Assembly: GCA_903889905.1 (NCBI GenBank)
Contig: CAISZI010000048.1
Location: 5,881 to 69,880, forward strand
Direction: 5' to 3'
DNA from: Candidatus Wirthbacteria bacterium
Lineage (GTDB): Bacteria > Patescibacteriota > CG2-30-54-11
DNA: 64,000 bases
Under the pieces are notes generated by a model. The model saw nothing but the letters and a program-made list of their open reading frames with translations, was not told where the DNA came from and ran no database searches. The translations under genes and the position numbers were made by a program. This document shows, piece after piece, positions 18,883 to 28,538 of the stretch. The stretch's first letter is position 1, and every line of letters begins with the position of its first letter.

Positions 18883-19450
18883 TCAGTTCACCCCAAACAG
18901 CCTCCCAATCGGGAGGCTGTTTGGGGTTAGTAATAGCATCGTACCAAGCAAATAATACCCGAATCTAATCCTTTTTCTTTTTGGTCTTGGGCGTATTTGC
19001 CATTGCAACTTGGTTGGGCGCTTGTCTTCAACCGGCACTTTATCCATCAGTCCAATCATCAGCAACATCACGTGCGCACCGAGCGCTGTGCCAAACCCGA
19101 CCAACAAGGCTTTGGCATAGTCTCCGCTCATACACCAGATGGCCAATTTGGCACCCGCTAAGGCAAATGCCATCGACATCAGCAACGTTATCAGAAACAA
19201 ACTGATATCCAAGCTGGTCACGTTGGCGGACGTTTTGAACCGGACAACCATTCTGAAGACGATCCACGCGCCGACAATGGCCAAGACATCCCGTCATGTG
19301 ATCAATCCGTCTTTGTTATAATTAAAAGACCAGAAAAACAGGCAGGTAAAAACAACACGTTCCATCAAGCCCAACCAACAGCGCAAAAATAAAAGCCACT
19401 GCCAGCGCATACACCTTGTCCAACCCCATTGCAATCAATCCAAAATCCAT
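18883..19450 (-). pseudogene. Probably disrupted membrane-protein gene
   Basis: ATG 19450 with AAGGAG RBS gives only 42 aa. A frame switch near 19370 gives LMERVVF...; in-frame TGA at 19294-19296 precedes the hydrophobic ORF 18883-19284. Confidence 0.35.
18890..18927. terminator. 17-bp perfect inverted repeat downstream of ppsA
   Basis: ACCCCAAACAGCCTCCC-AATC-GGGAGGCTGTTTGGGGT. Confidence 0.7.
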
Positions 19451-19668
19451 CCCCACTCCTTTATTAGGAAATAAACACATGGCAATCATATAAACAAAGA
19501 AGGTGTGATTCCAGTCAGTTGATTGGTGTTCTCAATCGTCACTACTTCGCCAAAACAATAAACCGAACTTTTCACGCCGAGTTGGAGGCTGTTTTGATAC
19601 TCATTGTCTTATCTTCACCATTGTGATAACTTTATCGGTTGTAATTTCCTAACACATGGAGCTTGGGC

Positions 19669-21114
19669 ATGCAGGACAAATTAGCGAAAGTGGTCTGTAC
19701 TATCGGACCGGCGTCGGAAAACGAACGGACCATCCACGAGATGTACCTCGCTGGCATGAACGTCGCCCGCTTTAACTTCAAACACGGCGACCACAAATGG
19801 TTTGAGGCTGTGATCAAACGGATCCGCAACGTTGCCAAAAAAGTTGGCGAACCGATTGCCATTTTGCAGGACTTGCAAGGTCCTGACATCCGCACCGGCA
19901 AGCTCAAAGACGGCCAGCCAGTTGAACTCGTGGCTGAGCAGCCTTTTTTTATGACCACCAAAGTCATCATCGGCGACCACAATGGCGTCTCCGTCTCACT
20001 CACCAACCTCGACAAACATGTACGCGAAGGCGATACCGTGCTGATTGACGACGGTTCGATCAACCTCATGGTTGACCGCGTCACCAAAGACCTGATGCAC
20101 TGTGTCGTGGTCAAAGGCGGCCCACTGGGTCAGCGCAAAGGCATCAACATTCCCGGCAAACGCCCCAATATCAAGGCTTTGCACCCCAAAGATTTTGCCG
20201 ACATCGACTTTGGCGTGAGCCAGGGCATTGAGTTCATTGCCATGAGCTTTGTCCAGAGCGCCAAAGACGTCGCCGCCCTGCGCGCCTACCTCGCCAAAAG
20301 CACCAATCCCCATGCCCTCCGCATCAAAATCATCTGCAAAATTGAATCCATGGGCGGCATCGACAGCCTGGACGAAATCATTGACGCCGCCGACGGCATC
20401 ATGGTGGCACGTGGCGATATGGGCATCGAAATCCCCCTCGAACGGGTACCAATCATCCAAAAAGAAATCATCGCCAAATGCAACGCGCTGGGCAAACCCG
20501 TGATCACCGCCACGCACATGCTGGATTCCATGGAACAAAACCCGATCCCCACCCGCGCCGAAGCCTCCGACGTTTCCAATGCCATCCTCGATAACACCGA
20601 CGCTGTCATGCTCTCCGGTGAATCCGCCAACGGCAAATACCCGGTAGAAGCAGTCAAAACCATGTCGCGCATCGTCAAATACACCGAAGAACAAATCCGC
20701 GAAGGTTCGGTCGAACGCCGCGTCTGGGATACCCACAACCATATGGACACCACTGAAGCCATTGCCATGGCCGCCGTTGATCTGTCTGCTGGCATTAATG
20801 CCAAATTGATCCTGACCCTCACCGTAACTGGCCGCACCACCAGGTTAATCGCCATGCACCGCCCTGAAGTCCCCGTGGTCTGTGCCTCTATGGACGACCT
20901 CGTCATCCGCCAGATGATGCTCGTCAACCACGTCATGCCTGTGTACGTCAAAGTGAAATCCAAACCCAATTTCCACGCCATGATGGACGAAGCGGTGACG
21001 ATCCTGAAACAAAAGAAAATCCTGAAAGCCGACGACATGATCGTGGTCACCGTTGGTATCCACGGCGGCAACGAACCCGGTATGACCAACCTCGTGATCG
21101 CGCACAAAGTCTAA
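19669..21114 (+). CDS. pyk: Pyruvate kinase
   Basis: KVVCTIGPAS, DLQGPDIR, KIES, GIMVARGDMG, AEASDVSNA, VMLSGESA. Confidence 0.96.
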   Translation: MQDKLAKVVCTIGPASENERTIHEMYLAGMNVARFNFKHGDHKWFEAVIKRIRNVAKKVGEPIAILQDLQGPDIRTGKLKDGQPVELVAEQPFFMTTKVIIGDHNGVSVSLTNLDKHVREGDTVLIDDGSINLMVDRVTKDLMHCVVVKGGPLGQRKGINIPGKRPNIKALHPKDFADIDFGVSQGIEFIAMSFVQSAKDVAALRAYLAKSTNPHALRIKIICKIESMGGIDSLDEIIDAADGIMVARGDMGIEIPLERVPIIQKEIIAKCNALGKPVITATHMLDSMEQNPIPTRAEASDVSNAILDNTDAVMLSGESANGKYPVEAVKTMSRIVKYTEEQIREGSVERRVWDTHNHMDTTEAIAMAAVDLSAGINAKLILTLTVTGRTTRLIAMHRPEVPVVCASMDDLVIRQMMLVNHVMPVYVKVKSKPNFHAMMDEAVTILKQKKILKADDMIVVTVGIHGGNEPGMTNLVIAHKV

Positions 21115-21216
21115 TTTCGTCGTCAATTTCCCTTGCCAATTCACCTTAGTGTAAGATGAAGCTTGCCCTGAGGCTTTGCGAAGGGTCGAGGCGTTTTGGT
21201 TTCAAGAACTTCGTCC

Positions 21217-21296
21217 GTCATTGCGAGAAGTCTGCGACGCGGCAATCTCTCTTTTTTACAAGTTTGCCACGCCCCGCCGACGTGGCTCGCAATGAC
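21217..21296. repeat. GTCATTGCGAG...CTCGCAATGAC palindromic element
   Basis: 11-bp terminal inverted repeat with an inner GGCAA/TTGCC stem; second copy at 53498. Confidence 0.75.
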
Positions 21297-21394
21297 AGCC
21301 TAAAACAGATTCCCCTCCGTTTTACAAACTTTATGAACTCGATTTCATTAGCTACGTCCTGCGTAGCTTCTTAGCGTAGAAGGATTATAACTTT

Positions 21395-21847
21395 ATGACA
21401 AATCCCCATCTGATTACATTCTCCGACGGTGGCGCGCGCGGCAATCCTGGGCCAGCCGGGGCTGGTGGTGTGGTGTTGGCGGAGGACAAACAAACAGTGC
21501 TCAAGGAAGTCTCTGTTTACCTCGGCCCCATGACCAACAACCAGGCGGAATACTGGGGTTTGATTAAAACCCTGGAAGTGGCGGTATTACTCAAGCCTGC
21601 CACGATCACCTGCCACCTTGACAGTGAATTGCTGGTCAAACAAATGAAGGGTGAATACAAGATTAAAAACGCCGAGCTGCAAATCCTGGCCAGCCAAGCC
21701 AAAACCATCATCAGCGGCCACCAGGTCAAATTTATTCATGTCCGCCGCGAATACAATCAACATGCCGACCAACTCGTCAACAACGCCATTGACTTGGGTC
21801 TGAGCGGCAAACTCAAACCTGCGGTGGCTGCCTCCACCTTATTTTAA
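21395..21847 (+). CDS. rnhA: Ribonuclease HI family protein
   Basis: FSDGGARGNPGPAG, TNNQAEY, DSELLVKQM, HVRREYNQHAD. Confidence 0.9.
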   Translation: MTNPHLITFSDGGARGNPGPAGAGGVVLAEDKQTVLKEVSVYLGPMTNNQAEYWGLIKTLEVAVLLKPATITCHLDSELLVKQMKGEYKIKNAELQILASQAKTIISGHQVKFIHVRREYNQHADQLVNNAIDLGLSGKLKPAVAASTLF

Positions 21848-21858
21848 TACCAAACGAC

Positions 21859-22617
21859 ATGCCCAAACCCAAGGTGATCGTCGTCCTGCCTGCCTACAAT
21901 GCCGCCAAAACTCTGCGCCGTACCGTGGCTGATATTCCCCGCGACAGCGTCGATGAAATCCTGCTCGTCGATGATTTCAGCCGCGACGAAACACTTGCAG
22001 TGGCCAAAGACCTCAATTTGACAACCGCCCGTCATGACCGCAACCAGGGTTATGGTGGCAACCAGAAAACGTGCTACACATTAGCACTCGAGCACGGTGC
22101 CGACATCGTCGTCATGCTCCACCCTGACTACCAGTACGATCCCAGATTGATCCCGTACTTTGTCAATTTTATCCGCGACGGTTACTTTGATGTCATGCTC
22201 GGCTCGCGCATTCGCAGTCGTACTGAAGCCCTCGCGGGCGGTATGCCGGCGTACAAATACTACGCCAACCGGACGCTGACTTTTTTTGAGAACCTGGTTT
22301 CGGGCCAGAACCTCTCGGAGTGGCACACTGGCATGCGGGCGTACAAGGCGGACGTGTTGCGCGCCATTGATTTTGATCGCAACTCCAATGATTTTGTCTT
22401 TGATACCGAAGTTTTATTTCAGATCATCGGGCATGGCTTCAAAATAGGCGAAATCCCGGTGCCCGTGCGCTACTTTGCCGAGGCTTCTTCCATAAATTTC
22501 CGGCGCAGTTTACAATACGGTCTGCAAACCCTGCGCGTCGCGTTGCACTACCTGACCCAATCGCCCCGTTACCGTCGCGCCACTCACCATACCCAAACCA
22601 AAGCAAAACATCTTTAA
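21859..22617 (+). CDS. GT2 glycosyltransferase (DPM1/polyprenol-phosphate sugar synthase-like)
   Basis: VLPAYNA, LVDDFSRD, NQGYGGNQK, HPDYQYDP, FVFDTE, EIPVPVRY. Confidence 0.85.
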   Translation: MPKPKVIVVLPAYNAAKTLRRTVADIPRDSVDEILLVDDFSRDETLAVAKDLNLTTARHDRNQGYGGNQKTCYTLALEHGADIVVMLHPDYQYDPRLIPYFVNFIRDGYFDVMLGSRIRSRTEALAGGMPAYKYYANRTLTFFENLVSGQNLSEWHTGMRAYKADVLRAIDFDRNSNDFVFDTEVLFQIIGHGFKIGEIPVPVRYFAEASSINFRRSLQYGLQTLRVALHYLTQSPRYRRATHHTQTKAKHL

Positions 22618-24374
22618 TGGCATCAATCCAACCGTTTTTCCGACGCCTCAAACAGTCCAGCCAAATCTGGGTACCGCTTGTCTTGCTCAGTTTGATTGGC
22701 GTCGCCATCTATGGCAAGACCATTGGTTTTGACTTCACGAACTTTGACGACCGCGTCTTGATCGTGCTCAACTTTGGCTTTATCCGCAACCTCGGCAACA
22801 TCCCGGCCGCTTTCCAGCAGAATGTGTTTCATTTTGTCCATGGCGCTGCCGTGTATTATCGTCCGTTGCTTACGCTCAGCTTCATGACTGACGTGCAGTG
22901 GTCAGGCCAGTCCCCCTGGGGCTATCACCTCACCAACCTGGTCATCCATTTACTGACCGGTAGCCTCATTTATCTGCTCCTCCGCAAACTCAACCACAAA
23001 GCAGGTGTCGCTTTCCTGATTGCCTGCCTCTTCATCGTTCATCCGGTGCTCACTCAAGCCGTGGCCTGGATTCCCGGCCGCAATGACTCCATGCTGGCCC
23101 TGATCGTCGTCGCCACGTTTCTGGTATTCCAGAGCTGGCTCGAACATCCCGGAGTCATTTCAACCCTGATCTTGCTCGTCTTGTCCACGCTGGCTTTTTT
23201 TTGCAAGGAGTCAGGACTGCTGCTGCCGGTCATGTTGCTCCTTGATCAGGTGATGCTCTCCAAGCGCAAACCCTGGGACAAATATTCGATCATTTTTTAC
23301 CTGGCGCTGCTCACGATTCTGGTCGGCTACTGGTTTGCCCGTACCTATGCGCTCCAGGACACTTTTCCCGTGCAAATGAATTACATGGTTACTTCGCTGC
23401 AGGAAAACATGCCGGTGATTGTGCCGTTTCTGGGCCAGATTGTCTTCCCGTTCAAACTGCAGGTTCTACCCATCCTGAAAGTCATGAATTTTGTCTATGG
23501 CTACGCTGCGATTGCCGTCATCAGCGTGGTTATATTGTGGGGACGCAATAAAAACTGGCGCCGCATCGGTTTTGGCTTAGTGTGGTTTATTGTCTTTCTC
23601 CTGCCGGCGATCGTCAAAGACAGCCCCACCAATATCAACGAACTCGAACACCGCCTCTATTTGCCACTGATTGGTCTGCTGCTGGTGCTGGTAGAATTGC
23701 CCTGGATCAAAAACTTCAGCTGGTTGCACACCCCAAAGTCAACTGCCAGCGACAAGCTTGTCCCTGTCTCAAAGCTCCGCTTGCCAACTATTGCCGGCTG
23801 CCTGGCAGCAATCATGCTGGTTGGCCTGGGCGCGATCACGTTTTGTTATGCCGACAGTTTCAAAAATGCGGATACATTTTGGACCAAAGCTGTCCAGACA
23901 ACCCCCAACTATGACCAGGCATTGATGGGATTGGGCGCTACTCTCGAAGCCGAAAACAAACTTGACCAGGCCAAAATTTACCTGACCAAAGCGCTCGCCA
24001 TCAATCCCATGGTGGCCTATGCGCACTTTAATTTGGGCATCCTGTACCAGGGCCAAAACGATTACTTTAATGCCATGCGGGAATACATTGCCGAGACGCA
24101 GGTCGATCCAACCTTTGACCAGGCGCATTACCATTTGGGTGAAATGTACTATCTAACCGGCCACCTTGACGATGCTAAACTCGCCTGGAAAAATGCACTG
24201 ACACTGAATCCGAGCAATGGCATGGCATATGTCAAACTACACAATCTGGCGATAGAGACGCATGACAGTCAACTCTATGCGCAATACCAGGATGTTTTTA
24301 AAAGTTTAAATATGGCACCCCCTACACCACTGACCGCCCCGCTTTCGGCTCCCTTGTCTGCTCCCGCCCGCTAA
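22617..24374 (+). CDS. TMTC-like GT-C membrane glycosyltransferase with C-terminal TPRs
   Basis: FDD after TM1, YRPL, YHLTN..IH, HP...AVAWI.GR, KE, EHRLYLP, TPR repeats. Confidence 0.8.
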   Translation: MASIQPFFRRLKQSSQIWVPLVLLSLIGVAIYGKTIGFDFTNFDDRVLIVLNFGFIRNLGNIPAAFQQNVFHFVHGAAVYYRPLLTLSFMTDVQWSGQSPWGYHLTNLVIHLLTGSLIYLLLRKLNHKAGVAFLIACLFIVHPVLTQAVAWIPGRNDSMLALIVVATFLVFQSWLEHPGVISTLILLVLSTLAFFCKESGLLLPVMLLLDQVMLSKRKPWDKYSIIFYLALLTILVGYWFARTYALQDTFPVQMNYMVTSLQENMPVIVPFLGQIVFPFKLQVLPILKVMNFVYGYAAIAVISVVILWGRNKNWRRIGFGLVWFIVFLLPAIVKDSPTNINELEHRLYLPLIGLLLVLVELPWIKNFSWLHTPKSTASDKLVPVSKLRLPTIAGCLAAIMLVGLGAITFCYADSFKNADTFWTKAVQTTPNYDQALMGLGATLEAENKLDQAKIYLTKALAINPMVAYAHFNLGILYQGQNDYFNAMREYIAETQVDPTFDQAHYHLGEMYYLTGHLDDAKLAWKNALTLNPSNGMAYVKLHNLAIETHDSQLYAQYQDVFKSLNMAPPTPLTAPLSAPLSAPAR

Positions 24375-24376
24375 CA

Positions 24377-26155
24377 ATGCATTTCCAACAAACTGGACAA
24401 AAAACAAACATGACACTCAGAGCCCGTTGCCAACCCTATCTCGTCATTATTGCGGCTGGTTTTGCCCTTTATGCCCGCACGCTATCGTTTGGTTTCAGTT
24501 TCCTGGACGACAACGCGCTGATTTTGCAAAACTTTCCCTTTATCCGCGATTTCAACAATTTCTTCACAGCGTTTGCGCAGGATGTTTTTCATGTCATGCA
24601 TGGACCGGCCAACTACTTCCGGCCGCTACTGACTGTTTCGCTGATGTGGGATGCACAGTTCAGTGGCCTCAGCGCCTGGGGCTATCATCTGACCAACATC
24701 ATCATTCACCTCGCCACCGTTTGCCTGCTGTACAAACTGCTCAAAACGCTGCAATACCGTGACCAAAGTGCCCTGCTGGTGGCGCTGCTATTCCTGGTGC
24801 ATCCGGTGCTGACACAGGCCGTCGCCTGGATTCCGGGTCGCAACGACTCACTGCTTGCGCTATTTGCCTTGCTGGCCTTCTGGTTGTTTGGCAAATGGCT
24901 AAACTCGCCCCAATGGTCAACAGCTGTGGCGTACTTCATCGCGCTCATGCTGGCGCTCTGGACCAAGGAAACAGCCATGCTCCTGCCATTTTTCTTTGTC
25001 CTCTACCAAGCATTATTTGCCACATTGAAACCATGGACCAAAAAGTCACTGCTGTTCCTGGCCTTGCATCTGCCGCTTCTGGTTCTTTACTGGCAAATGC
25101 GCTCACAGGCGCTTGCCGGAACGTCGACGCCGCTTGGTTTCATGCTGCAATCGCTTTGGCAAAACCTCCCGGCCATTATTCCCTTTGTCGGCAAAATCCT
25201 GTTTCCGTTCAATCTGTCAGTGCTGCCCATCATGCGGGACATGACGTTTACGTATGGTTATATCGCGTTGGCCATGATCGCTGCTGTGCTGATTGTGACG
25301 CGCGGCAAGAACTGGAAGAAGGTCGGGTTTGGCTTGCTCTGGTTTGTCGCCATGCTCGTCCCCTCGTTTATCCGCCCCAATCCCGATGTGCCGGCCGACT
25401 TTATTGAACACCGCATCTACCTGCCACTCGTTGGCATTGTCTTCATCCTGCTGGAACTGCCGTGGATCAAGAACTTGCAGTGGTACAAACCGGCTTCAAG
25501 TAACACCGCTGCTCAAAGCAGTCATCCTGAGCGCAGAGACCTGTCCACCGAAGCCTCGGCGAAGGGGCTAGAATCCTTACTGCTACGTTCCTCTCAAACA
25601 ATGGATAATCCTCAACATAACAATCCCTCCTCCAAAATTTCCCTCACCCGTCGCGCCACCTCCGCTTCTTCCTCCCCTCAGCTCACCCTCCCCGCCTGGG
25701 TTGCACTGACTGTTCTGGGAGTGTTCTTTGCCACCACCCTGGTCTACAGTTCCAATTTCCAGGATCGCATCGCATTCTGGCAAAACGCCGTTCAGAACTC
25801 TCCTGACTACCCGCTCGCGCAGCGCAACCTGGGCGCCATGCTCTACCTCGATGGCCAGATTGACGCCGCCAAACCGTATTACCAAAAAGCCCTTGCGCTC
25901 AACCCGCTGGAACCCATGGCGCACAACAACCTTGGCCTGATTGCCGCGCATCAAGGCAATGCCGCCGAAGCCGAACAACAGTACAAGGACGAACTGGTCA
26001 TTAATCCCAATTATGACGCCGCACATTTCAATCTGGGACTGCTTTACTACAATCTCAAACAATACGACAAAGCCAAAACCGAGTGGGAAGCGACCTTACG
26101 CATCAACCCGGATTATCAGGATGCCAAAACGGGATTAGCGGCTCTGCCCAGGTAA
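24377..26155 (+). CDS. TMTC-like GT-C/TPR paralog 2
   Basis: Same motifs (FLDDN, FRPL, AVAWIPGRND, EHRIYLP) plus TPRs. Confidence 0.8.
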   Translation: MHFQQTGQKTNMTLRARCQPYLVIIAAGFALYARTLSFGFSFLDDNALILQNFPFIRDFNNFFTAFAQDVFHVMHGPANYFRPLLTVSLMWDAQFSGLSAWGYHLTNIIIHLATVCLLYKLLKTLQYRDQSALLVALLFLVHPVLTQAVAWIPGRNDSLLALFALLAFWLFGKWLNSPQWSTAVAYFIALMLALWTKETAMLLPFFFVLYQALFATLKPWTKKSLLFLALHLPLLVLYWQMRSQALAGTSTPLGFMLQSLWQNLPAIIPFVGKILFPFNLSVLPIMRDMTFTYGYIALAMIAAVLIVTRGKNWKKVGFGLLWFVAMLVPSFIRPNPDVPADFIEHRIYLPLVGIVFILLELPWIKNLQWYKPASSNTAAQSSHPERRDLSTEASAKGLESLLLRSSQTMDNPQHNNPSSKISLTRRATSASSSPQLTLPAWVALTVLGVFFATTLVYSSNFQDRIAFWQNAVQNSPDYPLAQRNLGAMLYLDGQIDAAKPYYQKALALNPLEPMAHNNLGLIAAHQGNAAEAEQQYKDELVINPNYDAAHFNLGLLYYNLKQYDKAKTEWEATLRINPDYQDAKTGLAALPR

Positions 26156-26818
26156 TTCAGCTAAATAAGGGATTTGATATTTGCCGTAAAAATCAGGAGG
26201 TCCCTCATATTCTGCTTTTAATTCTTTGGATTTTTGTTCAACCAATGTCCAGTAATTAGGAGTGTTATCCGCTGTCATCCCATTTTCTTCCCAAATGTCG
26301 ATCAGAATATCTTTCCATCCTATCCCAATACCTCGTTCAAAGTAACGCTCGGCAACACAAACGTCTTCATACATCCACAAAACCGTTTCGATTTTCTCTT
26401 TTTTCTCCATGACTGGTTGTAAATTACCTTGCGCATTGCCCTGAGCATGAGTATCAATCCCACCACCACCGGAACAGGCAGCGGTGACAATGGGTGCTGC
26501 CGCCAAGGTAACAACAACCGCAAGCCGTTTCAAAATCCTATCCATCCCTTGTAAACGCACTTGCGTAGCCGCTAAGGCTACATACGCTTCGCAAATGGCC
26601 ACAATAACTTCACCGTTCACTTGATCATACTGCGCGACCGCCCGCTGGTATAATTCCTGGCATGCGTGTTGGACAGTTTGCAAAGCCTGCGCACCATTGG
26701 CTTCAAGTTGTGCGCGCATGGCCATAACACTTGCCACAATCTCTGCTCCATCCAGCACCGGAGTGACTTCTTTATCCATGACGGAAGGACTGTTGGTCAG
26801 TTCCATTGTTCCTGCCAT
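26135..26818 (-). CDS. Hypothetical protein with an internal hydrophobic segment and lipobox-like TAAC
   Basis: 227-aa ORF; GGGTATAAT promoter-like sequence upstream; no family recognised. Confidence 0.55.
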   Translation of the reverse strand: MAGTMELTNSPSVMDKEVTPVLDGAEIVASVMAMRAQLEANGAQALQTVQHACQELYQRAVAQYDQVNGEVIVAICEAYVALAATQVRLQGMDRILKRLAVVVTLAAAPIVTAACSGGGGIDTHAQGNAQGNLQPVMEKKEKIETVLWMYEDVCVAERYFERGIGIGWKDILIDIWEENGMTADNTPNYWTLVEQKSKELKAEYEGPPDFYGKYQIPYLAELPGQSR

Positions 26819-26987
26819 TGGAAAGTATTCCTAATTTATTGCCGGAATGAATTATACCCGAAATTGCCGCTTTTGTTGATTAAATTGTTTGCTCAACTAA
26901 GGAAAGAGAAAGAGCAAGTTCATCCAAGTTATAAATACACCCGGATACGAACGTGGCGCCCTTGCAAGGGGCGCCACAGGATGGAAA

Positions 26988-27542
26988 CTACCGACTCAAC
27001 AAGCTGTCAAGCTCCGGGGGGTAGTTCCAGAGCTGGTTGTCCCCCATGGGACATACCTTCCCGTAAACGGGAAGGTTCTGGGTTGGAACCCAGACTTTAA
27101 ACTGTCCGTCTTTGACGGTTATTCTGGATGCAATCGCATCCAACAACTCGTCAGCGACGGACCAACTGGAAAACTGCTCGCGGACGGCCTCGATCGGCAG
27201 TGTCGCCCGCGAGAGAGTTACCGTCTTGGTAACCCATACAGTCAGACACTGGTGACTTAGGTCAACAGTTGGCTCTGGCGTTTGGGTTGCCCCAACAACA
27301 GTCACGTTCACCGTGACGACAATAGCCGTCACGGCGGTGACCGCCACTTGAGTGACCGCTGTCACAGCCACGGGCCGTGGCGTGATAGTGGGGGTGAATG
27401 CGGCCACCCGAGTCATAGCGACCGCGTCCGTCGCGGCCGCTTTTGCGTCCTGGGTAGGGATCCCCACGGACAATGTTGACCCGCAGGCCAACAATATTAC
27501 GAGCAAGATGCTCGTCACAACTAAAAACCACCTTCTCGTCAC
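26988..27542 (-). CDS. Hypothetical lipoprotein, Thr/Val-rich
   Basis: GTG start after AAGGAG; MTRRWFLVVTSILLVILLAC lipobox. Confidence 0.65.
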   Translation of the reverse strand: MTRRWFLVVTSILLVILLACGSTLSVGIPTQDAKAAATDAVAMTRVAAFTPTITPRPVAVTAVTQVAVTAVTAIVVTVNVTVVGATQTPEPTVDLSHQCLTVWVTKTVTLSRATLPIEAVREQFSSWSVADELLDAIASRITVKDGQFKVWVPTQNLPVYGKVCPMGDNQLWNYPPELDSLLSR

Positions 27543-27550
27543 TTTTTCTT

Positions 27551-27790
27551 CTCCTTTTCCGGACAGATCCACCTGGCCCGGAACTTTTGTTTTTTACCCA
27601 AGATTGGCGGATCCCGTATAAGTACTCGGGTTACCCATACTGGATCCGCCAATACGATCATTGCTGCGGTAGTGTTCCATATTTCATCGGCAACATAGCC
27701 ATCAGGGCAGACGCATCGCCTGCCAGACAACCAGGTTGCCATTAGAAACCTATTTTAAGGTGCCCCGCACAGAGTCGGGGCACTATTTTA
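27551..27790 (-). ncRNA. Candidate structured leader RNA (four hairpins)
   Basis: Hairpins at 27760-27783, 27689-27740, 27603-27653 and 27557-27583. Many pairs form only as G-U on the minus strand. Confidence 0.5.
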
Positions 27791-27820
27791 ACATATAATT
27801 TTAGAATGAGTAGTAGTTAA

Positions 27821-27846
27821 CAAAAAGGCAGGTCCGAAGACCTGCC
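27821..27846 (-). terminator. Intrinsic terminator
   Basis: Minus strand reads GGCAGGTC-TTCG-GACCTGCC-TTTTT. Confidence 0.75.
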
Positions 27847-27948
27847 GTGAAAATAAACGGAACCACGCCCGCCGTTAGTGTCATGAGGTAAAAGTTATCG
27901 ACGCAGCATGGAAAAAATCGTTACAAAAACACAAAAAAAATACGAAAA

Positions 27949-28386
27949 TTAGTATTTACCTTGTCCATCGCCCATAATATCAAGATTCTCTTCACGCGTA
28001 TAACCACAAGTCTTCTCTATCCCATTATCAAGATAGCAAATCCTGAAATAACGACTTCTGATAGCACCAAAAAGTCTGTCATCATTAAAAGCATTGGCGT
28101 TCAAGAAAGAATTATCGGATATTGTAACTCCCATCCCTTCTTCCACTGTGCCAACTGTTTTACACCATCCACTCGGATCTTCGGTTGCCTGACAATTTGG
28201 ATCCCACAAAGGCTTGTTAGTATGCAACACAATAGCATTTTTACCATTAATACTTGAATCTTCATAAAACCCGGGTTTGACCGTCTGTCCACTACAGGCA
28301 GCTAAGCCAAACTCAGCCGCACCCAACGCCATTGCCACCCTTAACAGAGACGAAACTCTTCTAGGGCTTCTCATTTTCTTCTCCAT
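27949..28386 (-). CDS. Hypothetical lipoprotein (low GC)
   Basis: GLAAC lipobox and four further Cys; TGGTATAAT upstream at ~28420-28428. Confidence 0.65.
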   Translation of the reverse strand: MEKKMRSPRRVSSLLRVAMALGAAEFGLAACSGQTVKPGFYEDSSINGKNAIVLHTNKPLWDPNCQATEDPSGWCKTVGTVEEGMGVTISDNSFLNANAFNDDRLFGAIRSRYFRICYLDNGIEKTCGYTREENLDIMGDGQGKY

Positions 28387-28538
28387 AATTGTAATTAATA
28401 TTATTAATGATGAGTTAAATTATACCATATAATCTCAATAAATATGTAAATTATTTTACACTCAACCTTTCCATTTCCGGCTCACCAGAAATCGTCCCAC
28501 TCCTCTACCCCGCGCTTCCCTTTCATGCTAAACTCATA

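Noticed and set aside
19294-19296. UGA recoding (code 25) to explain the in-frame TGA
   Set aside because: Conserved genes such as yggS and znuB end at TGA at their expected lengths, so TGA is a stop.
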